64,000 nt of DNA from Erysipelotrichaceae bacterium (GTDB taxonomy: Bacteria; Bacillota_I; Bacilli_A; RF39; UBA660), in NCBI GenBank assembly GCA_022772985.1, contig JALEZJ010000181.1, forward strand, positions 3,959-67,958, read 5' to 3'. This document shows positions 9,629 through 19,375 of the stretch, in pieces. The notes beneath the pieces were generated by a model that saw only the letters and a program-made list of their open reading frames with translations, searched no databases and was not told the DNA's origin. Every line of letters starts with the position of its first letter. Positions within the stretch are counted from its first letter, which is position 1. Both the position numbers and the translations under genes were made by a program.

Positions 9629-10486
9629 ATGTCTATGTCTCAAAAAATTTCATATAAAAAATGTTGCATTCAAAATGAAGGATATTATTTTGATTCCAAT
9701 AAATTTACAGATGAGGATCTAAAAACTTTTAACGATAGTTTTCATCTTATAGATAATTATGATTTATTAAAAATCATGTTTAGCTTAAATCCAAAAGATT
9801 GCGAATTTTTTGCTATTTATGAAAAAGAAATATTATCAGATCAATTTATTGAGAATTTTAGATATGGAATGAATAATAGGTGGTCTTCTAAAGATAGACT
9901 AGCTTTTGATCCAGCCATTCATCCACTATTTACTGGTTACTGCTTAGATGAAGAAGAATTAATGAATATTCAAAAAGTTCTTGTTACTGTCAATAAAAAA
10001 TATGGATCTATTGGACTTACAAAATTAAGAGAAATCAATTTAGCACAAGGCGTAATGGAAATAGAACATTATATCCCAGTATTTGATCCAAACGATTATT
10101 ATGATTTGCCAACAGATGTATTAATAGATGGAACTGAATATAAAGAAATACTTTTAGATAAAAGTGAGTATCATCCAGTTAAGCGAACATTAGATGTATT
10201 AAATTGTGAAATTTTTATCAATTATTCAAACGAGAATGTAAAAAGTGCTTTATTTTCAATGCCTCATTTGTTGTATGATGAAGATGGAAATTTTTTAGAT
10301 GATCAATCTATTTCTAATTTATTACAAATGGTATCGAAAAGATTAGGAGAACCGAAAGAAATTACTTTAAATTATGAAGATATGTGGAAGGCTACACATA
10401 TCTGTTATCAAATCTATTTAGAACAAAATTTAGAAAAATATCGAAAACTTCCAAATAAATTAACCAGAACAAAGAAAAAACAATAA
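9629..10486 (+). CDS. Hypothetical cytoplasmic protein, no family recognised
   Basis: 285-aa ORF with a strong AGGAGG RBS and a consensus promoter. No TM segment, signal peptide or known motif. Confidence 0.65.
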   Translation: MSMSQKISYKKCCIQNEGYYFDSNKFTDEDLKTFNDSFHLIDNYDLLKIMFSLNPKDCEFFAIYEKEILSDQFIENFRYGMNNRWSSKDRLAFDPAIHPLFTGYCLDEEELMNIQKVLVTVNKKYGSIGLTKLREINLAQGVMEIEHYIPVFDPNDYYDLPTDVLIDGTEYKEILLDKSEYHPVKRTLDVLNCEIFINYSNENVKSALFSMPHLLYDEDGNFLDDQSISNLLQMVSKRLGEPKEITLNYEDMWKATHICYQIYLEQNLEKYRKLPNKLTRTKKKQ

Positions 10487-10783
10487 ATAAATGTTATCCA
10501 AAAAAGGGTAGCATTTTTAATTTACTTATCTTTTTAACAAAATAATAATAAAAGAAAAATGATGTCATTAAAATGTACAAAGAAAGAAGTAAAAATGAAC
10601 CCAATCGAACAATACTATCAAGATTCAAGATTGCTCCCAAGCTATAAATTACAGTTATTTGGCAATAGACTGTTGCAAAAGACAAAATCAAAAAAATTCA
10701 TCAAAAGATAAAGCAATGATTTTAAAAAAACTGTTCAAACTATTATTAGAACACAGTAAGAAAAATAGAAAGTAGGAAAAACT

Positions 10784-12709
10784 ATGAAAGAATATGGATT
10801 TGTAAGAGTAGGAACGATAGTTCCTAAATTAAAAGTGGCTGATATAGCATTCAATACTAAAGAATTAATGAAGGAAATAAAGAAATTATCAAATCAGAAA
10901 GTAAGTATTGTGGTAACTCCAGAATTATCTTTAACAGGTTATACTTGTGCAGATTTATTTTATCAAGATGTGATATTAGAGGATTGTAAAAAAGCTTTAA
11001 ATAAAATTTTAAGAGGTACTAAAGATTTAGATATTATTAGTATTATAGGAATGCCTTTAAAACATGAAAATAAACTTTACAATGTAGCTGTTGTAATGCA
11101 AAAAGGTCGTATCTTAGGAATTGTTCCTAAAACTTCTATTCCTAATGATTCAGAATTTTATGAACAAAGATGGTTTACAAGTAGTGCTGATATCAAAAAT
11201 CATCAAATTAAATTATGTAATCAAATTGTTCCAATTGATACCCATTTATTATTTCAAGATAAGGAAAATGAAGATATATGTTTTGGAATAGAAATATGTG
11301 CAGATTTATGGGATTTATATCCACCTAGTACTTTACATGCTGTAAATGGTGCTACCATCCTATTTAATTTATCGGCTAGTGATGAAATTATCGGTAAATA
11401 TGAATTTCGAAGAGAACTGATTAAAGTTCAATCGGCTAAAACTATTAGTGCCTACTGTTATGTCTCAGCAGGTGTGAATGAATCTACTACAGATTTAGTC
11501 TTTTCTGGTTATTCTATGATTGCTGAAAATGGAATTATTCTAAAAGAAAATAAACGCTTTGAATTAGAAAGTACTTCTATTTATGCTGATATTGATACCC
11601 AAAAACTCATGAATGAAAGAATTCAAAATAAAAGCTATAAAACAACAACAAAAGAAGAAAACTATCATATCATTGAAATAGATGTAGTTGATCATTTGAC
11701 AAAATTAGAAAGAACTTACCAAGAATATCCATTTGTACCAAGTAATGAAGAAACTCGTAATCAAAGGTGCCAAGAAATCTTGACTATTCAAGCACACGGA
11801 TTAATTAAAAGATTATTACATACGAATACCAAAAAAACTGTTATAGGAATTTCAGCTGGCCTGGATTCTACTTTAGCTTTTTTAGTCATTCTAGAAGCAT
11901 ATCAAAAATTAGAAATTTCTAAAGATAATATGATCGGAGTAACGATGCCAGGATTTGGAACAACTGATAGGACCTATGAAAATGCTTGTAATTTAGTAAA
12001 ATGTTCTGGTGCCACGCTAAGAGAAATATCAATTAAAGATGTCTGCTTAACCCATTTTAAAGATATTCAGTTCCAAGAAAATGATCGAAGTATTGCTTTT
12101 GAAAATAGCCAAGCCAGAGAGAGAACCCAAATTTTAATGGACATTGCGAATCAAGAAAAAGCTCTAGTAATAGGAACGGGAGATTTATCAGAATTAGCCC
12201 TAGGCTGGTGTACCTATAATGGAGATCATATGAGTATGTATGCAGTAAATGCTTCTATTCCTAAAACCTTAGTTCGCTTCTTAGTCGAATGGAAGTCCAA
12301 AAAAGTAGAACCGCCATTAAAAAATATTTTAACAGATATTCTAAAAACACCTATTAGTCCTGAACTATTACCACCAGATGAATATGGAAAGATAACACAA
12401 ATCACCGAAAATCAAATTGGACCATATGTACTACATGATTTCTTCTTATACCATTTCTTTCGTTATGGTACCTCTCCAGAAAAAATTTATTTTCTAGCTC
12501 GTCATACCTTTGGTTCAAAGTTTAATGAAGAAGAAATCAAAAAATGGCTAACAATATTCTTTCAAAGATTTTTTAGTCAACAGTTTAAAAGAAGTTGCTT
12601 ACCAGATGGACCTAAAGTAGGAAGTGTAAGCTTAAGTCCAAGAGGAGATTTTAAAATGGCTAGTGATGTTGGTGCATCCGCATGGATAACAAGAATAAAA
12701 AAATTATAA
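10784..12709 (+). CDS. nadE: Glutamine-dependent NAD+ synthetase
   Basis: N-terminal CN-hydrolase domain (TPELSLTGY, GIEICADLW) plus a C-terminal NAD synthetase domain (GISAGLDST PP-loop, GTGDLSELALGW). 641 aa. Confidence 0.9.
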   Translation: MKEYGFVRVGTIVPKLKVADIAFNTKELMKEIKKLSNQKVSIVVTPELSLTGYTCADLFYQDVILEDCKKALNKILRGTKDLDIISIIGMPLKHENKLYNVAVVMQKGRILGIVPKTSIPNDSEFYEQRWFTSSADIKNHQIKLCNQIVPIDTHLLFQDKENEDICFGIEICADLWDLYPPSTLHAVNGATILFNLSASDEIIGKYEFRRELIKVQSAKTISAYCYVSAGVNESTTDLVFSGYSMIAENGIILKENKRFELESTSIYADIDTQKLMNERIQNKSYKTTTKEENYHIIEIDVVDHLTKLERTYQEYPFVPSNEETRNQRCQEILTIQAHGLIKRLLHTNTKKTVIGISAGLDSTLAFLVILEAYQKLEISKDNMIGVTMPGFGTTDRTYENACNLVKCSGATLREISIKDVCLTHFKDIQFQENDRSIAFENSQARERTQILMDIANQEKALVIGTGDLSELALGWCTYNGDHMSMYAVNASIPKTLVRFLVEWKSKKVEPPLKNILTDILKTPISPELLPPDEYGKITQITENQIGPYVLHDFFLYHFFRYGTSPEKIYFLARHTFGSKFNEEEIKKWLTIFFQRFFSQQFKRSCLPDGPKVGSVSLSPRGDFKMASDVGASAWITRIKKL

Positions 12710-12944
12710 ATTAGAAAAATGACTTTTTAATGAATAGAAAATAATTTTTTAAGACCTAAGTTAAAAATTAGCTATAAAACTAGCTTTTCATCTCTTATAT
12801 TATATTTATTGATTAAAAATTTATATAATCAATATTCTAACAATAAAATTATCTGATAAATACTAAAAAATATGTTACAATAAGATAGGAAATACTTAAC
12901 AATTTTATCTTTAAAAGTGAGATTAAAAAAGAAAGGGCGATATT

Positions 12945-13421
12945 ATGTTTAAAGAAGTTGTTGAATTACTAGAGAAAAAGAACTTACAAATTGCTACTAT
13001 GGAGTCTTGCACCGGCGGTGCTCTAGCGAATGCCATCACTTCCGTAACTGGTGCTAGTGAAGTATTACAGTTTAGTGCCGTTACTTATTCTAATGAATAT
13101 AAAATCAAGATGGGAGTATCTGCTGACGTAATTGAAAAGTATAGCGTTTATAGTATGGAAACCGCTCGTGAAATGAGCACTCATATCAGTCAATTTGCCA
13201 ATTCAGATATTGGAGTAGGAATCACCGGAAAAATAAACGCTGCAGATGCGAAAAACCCAGAAGGACAAGATGATTTAGTTTATATCAGCATCTATTTAAA
13301 AAAAGAGAATTCCTATGAAAATTTTATCTATAAAGCAGTATCCGGAGAAACAAGAACATGGAATAAACAACAAATTGTAAAATTAATAGAAGAAAAATTA
13401 CAAAAATTATTAAAAGACTAA
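12945..13421 (+). CDS. pncC: CinA C-terminal-domain protein / nicotinamide-nucleotide amidase
   Basis: ATMESCTGGALANAITSVTGAS and GVGITG are typical of the CinA/PncC deamidase domain. 158 aa. Confidence 0.8.
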   Translation: MFKEVVELLEKKNLQIATMESCTGGALANAITSVTGASEVLQFSAVTYSNEYKIKMGVSADVIEKYSVYSMETAREMSTHISQFANSDIGVGITGKINAADAKNPEGQDDLVYISIYLKKENSYENFIYKAVSGETRTWNKQQIVKLIEEKLQKLLKD

Positions 13422-13574
13422 ACTAATGATCGCAAAATAAGTAAAACACATATGAGTATTTTACTAGTAAAAAGAACGTCTTATCCCTTTAAAAATAAAT
13501 GGTATACTCATGGCGTTAGACACATCCATCTATATTATTTCAATAAAAAAAAGAAGGTAGTATAGAATTATAAA

Positions 13575-14325
13575 GATATAAAAAGTAAAATGATTCCCCA
13601 ACGTAAATAATAAATCTCAAGAATTAGCCATTAAATTAGAAAATAAATTAATAAATTATAAAATCAAATATCAAATCAAGATTATGATTTAGCAATTGTG
13701 ATTGGTGGTGATGGTAGTTTTCTTAGACTGATTAAAAAAAATCAATTTGATAGTAAAGTTTATTACGTAGGTGTAAATACAAGTACTCTTGTTTTTTTAC
13801 AAGAAATTAATCCCAATGATCTCTTAAAAAAACTTGGAATACAAGAAAATAAAATTACGACCAAAAAGAAATAAGTTCAATTCTATTCTTTAAATGATAT
13901 TATCATTCATGATCAAGACTTAAAGAAACCATCAATAGAAATCTGTATTGCTGATGAATTATTAGAAATTTATACAAAAGATGGCTTAATTATTTCTACT
14001 TCAATTGGTTCTACCGCTTATAATTTAAGTTTAGGTAGATCATTGTTTATAATGATTTACATACCTTACAAATCACCTAAGTTGCACCTCTTAATACAGA
14101 AAACTTATCGTAATATTTTAAATTCAGTAGTAATTCCTGAACATAAAACCATCTATCTTTTTCCTAAAAGTAGCAGTTGTAACTTAATTTTATCAAGCGA
14201 TGGAGAAAATAAACTTTATTAAGATGTTGTAAGTATTGAAACTAGCATAAGTGAAAAAAAGAAGTTATCTTCGAATGAAAGACTATCATTCTACAAAAAT
14301 TATTCATGATAAATTTTTAAAATAA
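13575..14325 (+). pseudogene. nadK: NAD kinase pseudogene (multiple frameshifts and stops)
   Basis: Recognisable pieces sit in three frames, interrupted by several stops: DYDLAIVIGGDGSFLRLIKK..VYYVGVNTSTLVFLQE, TKDGLIISTSIGSTAYNLSLG, LHTLQIT*VAPLNTE and RMKDYHSTKIIHDKFLK*. No ORF of 60 aa or more is listed here. Confidence 0.75.
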
Positions 14326-14463
14326 GAAAAGACACGCTATAAAAAAATCAATGGTTTATGACTCTAATGATCTATCCTTGATTTTTTTATTTCTTATTAG
14401 TAAAGTTTAATAAAAATGGTCCAATTTATGGTATGATAAACAAAGAAGGAGTAAGAGAGTAAA

Positions 14464-15465
14464 ATGAATTTAAAAGAAAAAGCCGAAATTTTTGCCATAA
14501 AGGCTCATGATGGACAAATAAGAAAAGCAGATCCTGAGAAACCATATGTAATCCATCCCATTGATGTAGGAAATAAATTAGAAAAATATGGCTTTGGAAG
14601 AGAAGTAGTAGCCGCTGGAAAATTACATGATGTTGCAGAAGATACCGATTTTTCCATAGTAGACATAAAAGAAGTGTTTGGAGAAAACGTTGCTTCCTTA
14701 GTAAGAGGTGCCAGCGAAACAAGCAAATTAGAAAAGAAAAAAAAAGAGTTATCATGGGAAGAAAGAAAAAAAGAGACGATTGAGAGATTAAGAAATCTGG
14801 ATCTAGAACACAAAGCAATTGCTTGTGCCGACAAAATCAGCAATTTAGAAGATATCATAATTTTATCAGGAAAAACAGGTAGACCAAATTTTGATGGCTT
14901 TAAAAGAGGATTTGAAGATCAAAAATGGTATTATGAAAATGTTTATCAAAGTTTAATCCATGGTCATGATAAAAATTTGAAAATGTTTCAAGATTTAAGA
15001 AAGTTAATTGATTTACTTTTTTATAATGAACAAACCTTTCATAAAAGCAATATATTATATTATCAAAAACAAGAATTATTAAAATTAAGAAGTATCTTTG
15101 ATACCAAATATCCTAACTTAGAAAAATTTTATTTTTTAAATTGTGATCTAGAAATATATAATGATATCAAATTATACTTTCAAAATATTGAAATTCAAAC
15201 TGAGAACTTGCCTTATCAATATTTTATTATAGGAGCTTATCCACAAATTAGTTATTATAGGGATGGCGACAAATTATCAATAAAAGAAGAATTTTATTAT
15301 AAAACTATGGAACATAATGCTAATATTCATCTATCCACCAAAAAAGAACAAGCAAAATTAATTGTAGATACACTGATGAAAGATTTATATCAAGAAAGTT
15401 TAAATACTATAAAATTAAAGATTAAAGAGAAAAAAATTTATAACGAGGTGACTAAAAATGAGTGA
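14464..15465 (+). CDS. HD-domain protein of the RelA/SpoT hydrolase type (small alarmone hydrolase-like) with an unassigned ~170-aa C-terminal domain
   Basis: AHDGQIRKADPEKPYVIHPIDV...AAGKLHDVAEDT matches the (p)ppGpp pyrophosphohydrolase HD motif. No synthetase domain is present and the C-terminal half matches nothing I recognise. Confidence 0.7.
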   Translation: MNLKEKAEIFAIKAHDGQIRKADPEKPYVIHPIDVGNKLEKYGFGREVVAAGKLHDVAEDTDFSIVDIKEVFGENVASLVRGASETSKLEKKKKELSWEERKKETIERLRNLDLEHKAIACADKISNLEDIIILSGKTGRPNFDGFKRGFEDQKWYYENVYQSLIHGHDKNLKMFQDLRKLIDLLFYNEQTFHKSNILYYQKQELLKLRSIFDTKYPNLEKFYFLNCDLEIYNDIKLYFQNIEIQTENLPYQYFIIGAYPQISYYRDGDKLSIKEEFYYKTMEHNANIHLSTKKEQAKLIVDTLMKDLYQESLNTIKLKIKEKKIYNEVTKNE

Positions 15466-17086
15466 CATTGAAATAGCCAATCAAACAAAAAAAGAAAAAA
15501 TAATTGATATTGCTAAGAAATTAGGAATAGAAAAACAGATTGAATTATATGGAAATGATAAAGCTAAAATTAAATTTCAAGAAATTTCTTCTAAACAAAC
15601 CGGAAAGTTAATTTTAGTAACATCAATCAATCCAACACCCTATGGAGAAGGTAAAACGACTGTTAGTATCGGGCTAAATGATGGATTAAATAAATTAGGA
15701 AAAAAATCCATTGCGGTATTAAGAGAACCATCCTTAGGACCAGTATTTGGAATCAAAGGAGGCGCTACCGGTGGAGGATATTCTCAAGTAATTCCAATGG
15801 AAGATATTAATCTTCACTTTACAGGAGATTTTCATGCAATTACTTCTGCTAATAATTTAATTGCTTCTGCTATTGATAATCATATTTACTTTGGAAATGA
15901 ACTTCAAATAGATGTTAATAATATTTGTTTTAGAAGATGTCTAGATATAAATGACAGAGCGCTAAGAGATGTAGATCTTTCTAGTCGAAAAGATAACTTT
16001 AATATCACGGCAGCTAGTGAAATTATGAGTATCTTATGTCTTAGTAAAGATTTTAAAGATTTAAAGAAAAGATTAGCTAATATTTTATTAGCCTATAATA
16101 AAGAAGGAAAACCTATCTATGCCAAAGACTTAAAATTAGAAGGAGCTCTAGCAGTACTTTTAAAAGATGCTATCAAACCAAATTTAGTTCAAAGTCTAGA
16201 AAATAATCCAATCATCATTCATGGTGGACCATTTGCGAATATTGCACATGGCTGTAACAGTGTTATTGCTACGAAACTAGGTTTACAATTAGCAGATTAT
16301 GTAGTAACAGAAGCTGGATTTGGTTCTGATTTAGGAGCCGAAAAATTTTTTGATATCAAGTGTCGAACCGCTCATTTAAAACCAGATTGTGTTGTGATAG
16401 TTGCAACCATTAAAGCACTAAAATATAATGCCAACACCCAAAAAGAAGAAATCCATCTCCCCAATCCACAAGCAGTAAAAAAAGGCCTATCCAACTTAGA
16501 AGTACACATTGAAAACATGAAACAATTTACAAATAATATCATTGTTACATTAAATCATTATGATACAGATACACAAGAAGAAATAGAAATTGTAAAACAG
16601 TTTACCAAAGAGAAAAATTGTGAATTTGCAATAAACGATTCTTACTTAAAAGGAGGAATAGGGGCAGTTGAATTAGCAAGTAAAGTAATAGATACTTGTA
16701 AGAAACCAAATGATTTTACCCTTTTATATCAAGATAACGACAGTATTTTAAATAAAATCCAAATCATTTGCACCAAGATTTATCATGCTAGTAAGATGAA
16801 TTATGATAAAACTGTTTTAGAAAAAATCCAAAAATTAGAAAAGTTAGGGTATTCAAAGTATCCAATCTGTATTGCCAAAACTCAATATTCCATTAGCGAT
16901 GATCCTAAAAAACTAGGTTATCCTAAGGATTATGAAATTCATATTCAAGATATAAATATCTATACTGGAGCGCAATTCATTGTTATCTATTTAGGAAACA
17001 TTATGACGATGCCTGGCCTTTCAAAACATCCAAATTATGAAAATATAGATATTGACTCTAATTATCATATGAAAGGATTATTTTAA
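15458..17086 (+). CDS. fhs: Formate--tetrahydrofolate ligase
   Basis: TPYGEGKTT, EPSLGPVFGIKGGATGGGY and PFANIAHGCNS are hallmark FTHFS motifs. It overlaps the upstream gene by 8 nt. Confidence 0.95.
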   Translation: MSDIEIANQTKKEKIIDIAKKLGIEKQIELYGNDKAKIKFQEISSKQTGKLILVTSINPTPYGEGKTTVSIGLNDGLNKLGKKSIAVLREPSLGPVFGIKGGATGGGYSQVIPMEDINLHFTGDFHAITSANNLIASAIDNHIYFGNELQIDVNNICFRRCLDINDRALRDVDLSSRKDNFNITAASEIMSILCLSKDFKDLKKRLANILLAYNKEGKPIYAKDLKLEGALAVLLKDAIKPNLVQSLENNPIIIHGGPFANIAHGCNSVIATKLGLQLADYVVTEAGFGSDLGAEKFFDIKCRTAHLKPDCVVIVATIKALKYNANTQKEEIHLPNPQAVKKGLSNLEVHIENMKQFTNNIIVTLNHYDTDTQEEIEIVKQFTKEKNCEFAINDSYLKGGIGAVELASKVIDTCKKPNDFTLLYQDNDSILNKIQIICTKIYHASKMNYDKTVLEKIQKLEKLGYSKYPICIAKTQYSISDDPKKLGYPKDYEIHIQDINIYTGAQFIVIYLGNIMTMPGLSKHPNYENIDIDSNYHMKGLF

Positions 17087-18162
17087 TGTATATCTATATT
17101 CATATTCCATTTTGTAGTCACATCTGTTCTTATTGCGATTTCCCTAAACTTCTATATGATAAAAAATATATAAATTCCTATCTAGAATGTCTAAAGCAAG
17201 AAATAAAAAAAAGATATAAAGAAGAACAAGTAGCATCTATTTATATTGGGGGTGGAACTCCTACTAGCCTAGATAGAAATGAATTAAAGCATTTACTAGA
17301 CATAACTACCATCTTTCATAAAAAGAAAAAAATAGAATTTACGATAGAATCTAATGTAGAAAGCTTAACCAAAGAAAAAATTCAATTACTACATACTTAT
17401 GGAGTAAATCGAGTAAGTTTAGGAGTCCAATCATTTCATGAAAATACTTTAAAAGAACTAAATCGTCATCATACGAAAGAAGAAGTATTCCAAGTAATAA
17501 AAAATTTAAAACAAACAGGAATATCGAATATTTCTATTGATTATATCTATGGAGTCCATCCAAACTTAAAAGAAGTAAAAGAAGATTTAGAAACATACTT
17601 ACAATTAGAAATTCCTCATATCTCTTGCTATTCACTAATTATTGAAGAAGGTACTATCTTTGGAATAAAAAAAAGAAAATATATTGACGAAGCAATCGAT
17701 GATAAAATGTATCACACGATAGAAAAAATACTAAAAAAAAATCACTACATACACTACGAAATTTCTAACTATGCCAAAGAAGGATATCAATCGATTCATA
17801 ATATAAACTATTGGAAAAACGGAGAATATTATGGTTTTGGCCTAGGAACTGTAAGTTTTATAAACAACACTAGAATCACGAACACGAAAAGCTTAACCAA
17901 ATATTTAGAAAATCAATATCACTTAACAAAAGAATATGAAAATAGAAACATTCAAATCTCTAATACTTTTATGCTAGGACTTCGTTTAGTAAAAGGAATA
18001 AATATAATTGAGTTCAAAAAAAGATATCAACAAGATATAAAAGAAATAACACCAGTAAAAGAACTATTAAAACAAAAAAAGTTAGTTTTAAAAAACAATC
18101 AATTATTTATTCCATCCAAATACCTTTACTTATCAAACGAAATTATCATAAAATTTATCTAA
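17086..18162 (+). CDS. hemW: Radical SAM heme chaperone HemW (HemN-like, oxygen-independent coproporphyrinogen oxidase family)
   Basis: IHIPFCSHICSYCDF (CxxxCxxC radical SAM cluster), GGGTP, and a C-terminal HemN_C-like region. Its start overlaps the fhs stop by 1 nt. Confidence 0.85.
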   Translation: MYIYIHIPFCSHICSYCDFPKLLYDKKYINSYLECLKQEIKKRYKEEQVASIYIGGGTPTSLDRNELKHLLDITTIFHKKKKIEFTIESNVESLTKEKIQLLHTYGVNRVSLGVQSFHENTLKELNRHHTKEEVFQVIKNLKQTGISNISIDYIYGVHPNLKEVKEDLETYLQLEIPHISCYSLIIEEGTIFGIKKRKYIDEAIDDKMYHTIEKILKKNHYIHYEISNYAKEGYQSIHNINYWKNGEYYGFGLGTVSFINNTRITNTKSLTKYLENQYHLTKEYENRNIQISNTFMLGLRLVKGINIIEFKKRYQQDIKEITPVKELLKQKKLVLKNNQLFIPSKYLYLSNEIIIKFI

Positions 18163-18252
18163 AAGAATAAAAAAAGGTCCTTCTTGATATTTACAAATTT
18201 TCTATTTTTGCTATAATGATAATAGAATAGAGTAAGAAAGAGGTAAAAAAAG

Positions 18253-19056
18253 ATGAACGATGAACAAAAAAATAATAGCATTGTGACCATTACACCAAAT
18301 ATGGAAACTCCTCAAACAAGTAAGACACCAAACGAAAATAATAGTATTCCAGGAAGTAATAGTATTCCAGGAAGTAACCTAAGTCCTGTCGGAGTAATAT
18401 CTACCCCATCAGCAACTCCAGTTTCTGGAAGTGTAGGAGTAGCAAATAATAATCAAACTCCGCAATCACTCTCTAATGAAAATGTATTATCTGTAAATGC
18501 AAATCAGATAATTCCACCTACAGCCAATAATACTATCAATACTTCTGCCCCAGTAAATAATATTCCAATCACACAGGAGCCAAATTTAGAATTAAAAATA
18601 GATTCATCTACTCCTTTTGACATAGGAGTAACTACTCAAGGACCAATAACGTCCAATCCAACATTAAATTCGGAAATTCCCGCAAACAACAACATCCCAA
18701 CATTTACATCCACCGAAACACCAATGAATAGCGTAACTACTAATACGGCATCAAATTCAATAAACAACAATAGCATCCCATTGACAAATGATTCCATAAA
18801 TACCAATTCAAATGGAGAAAATATTGTTTCAGTTGGAAAATATTTAGGAAATTTAATTCTATTTTCCATTCCATTGATCGGATTCATCATGTTACTAGTA
18901 AAGGCTTTTGGAAATAAAAATGATCAAAACATCAGCAATTTAGCCAAAGCCCAACTATTACTAGCTTTAATCATAATTATTTTAGGAGTGATATTAAGCA
19001 TTATTTTTTCTTCTTTATTAGCAGGAATTGCTCCTAGTACCCCTTATGGAATATAA
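18253..19056 (+). CDS. Membrane protein with a long N/P/S/T-rich low-complexity N-terminal region and two C-terminal TM helices
   Basis: Good RBS (AAGAGG). About 190 aa of Asn/Pro/Thr/Ser-rich sequence is followed by LILFSIPLIGFIMLLV and LLLALIIIILGVILSIIFSSLL. Confidence 0.6.
   Translation: MNDEQKNNSIVTITPNMETPQTSKTPNENNSIPGSNSIPGSNLSPVGVISTPSATPVSGSVGVANNNQTPQSLSNENVLSVNANQIIPPTANNTINTSAPVNNIPITQEPNLELKIDSSTPFDIGVTTQGPITSNPTLNSEIPANNNIPTFTSTETPMNSVTTNTASNSINNNSIPLTNDSINTNSNGENIVSVGKYLGNLILFSIPLIGFIMLLVKAFGNKNDQNISNLAKAQLLLALIIIILGVILSIIFSSLLAGIAPSTPYGI
18340..18375. repeat. Perfect 2 x 18-bp tandem duplication inside the CDS (NSIPGS NSIPGS)
   Basis: aatagtattccaggaagt occurs at 18340-18357 and again at 18358-18375. 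Confidence 0.9.
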
Positions 19057-19107
19057 TTTGTGATGAAAAAAATTGTAAAATTTAAAAAAATATGGTATAT
19101 TATAGAT

Positions 19108-19225
19108 AGATGAGTTGATTTTTAAAAAGTGAAAGATATGTAGTACCCAGTAATTTCTTAGGAAAATTATAGGTATCAAATAAACTACTCCCAATTTCAC
19201 TAAAAATTTTAACTCATCTTTTTAC
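19108..19225 (+). other. ~112-nt imperfect rod-like hairpin followed by a T-run (long terminator or small RNA candidate)
   Basis: Nested complementary arms: agatgagtt 19108-19116 / aactcatct 19211-19219; gtgaaa 19129-19134 / tttcac 19195-19200; gtagt 19140-19144 / actac 19184-19188; apical taatttc/gaaaatta. Then ttttt. A TGgTATATT box lies at 19093-19101. Confidence 0.4.
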
Positions 19226-19375
19226 TTTGTTCATTCGTGATACAAATTAAAAATTCTATCTCAGTATTTTCCCTAAAAAGAAATAATTGATTTTCTAATA
19301 TTACTAGATAAAAACTAAAAAAAAACAAAAGTTTGTGATATAATAAAAAACAAAGAAAAGAAAGAAGGAAGAATT

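Noticed and set aside
10494-10691. 65-aa hydrophobic minus-strand ORF between the 9629 gene and nadE (possible small membrane protein)
   Set aside because: It starts at TTG with no upstream Shine-Dalgarno sequence or promoter that I can find. In AT-rich DNA, T-rich frames readily give hydrophobic pseudo-peptides. It is kept as a weak possibility only.
14426-14858. Two overlapping minus-strand ORFs (130 and 117 aa) opposite the HD-hydrolase gene
   Set aside because: The plus-strand frame carries a clear RelA/SpoT-type HD motif and a good RBS. The antisense translations are Leu/Phe/Ser-rich with no start signals, so they are shadow ORFs.
19057-19375. T-box leader upstream of gltX
   Set aside because: No specifier-loop/T-box sequence (…GGTGGTACCGCG-like) is present. 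The gltX extended -10 lies only about 35 nt before the start codon, so the upstream hairpin is a separate element.
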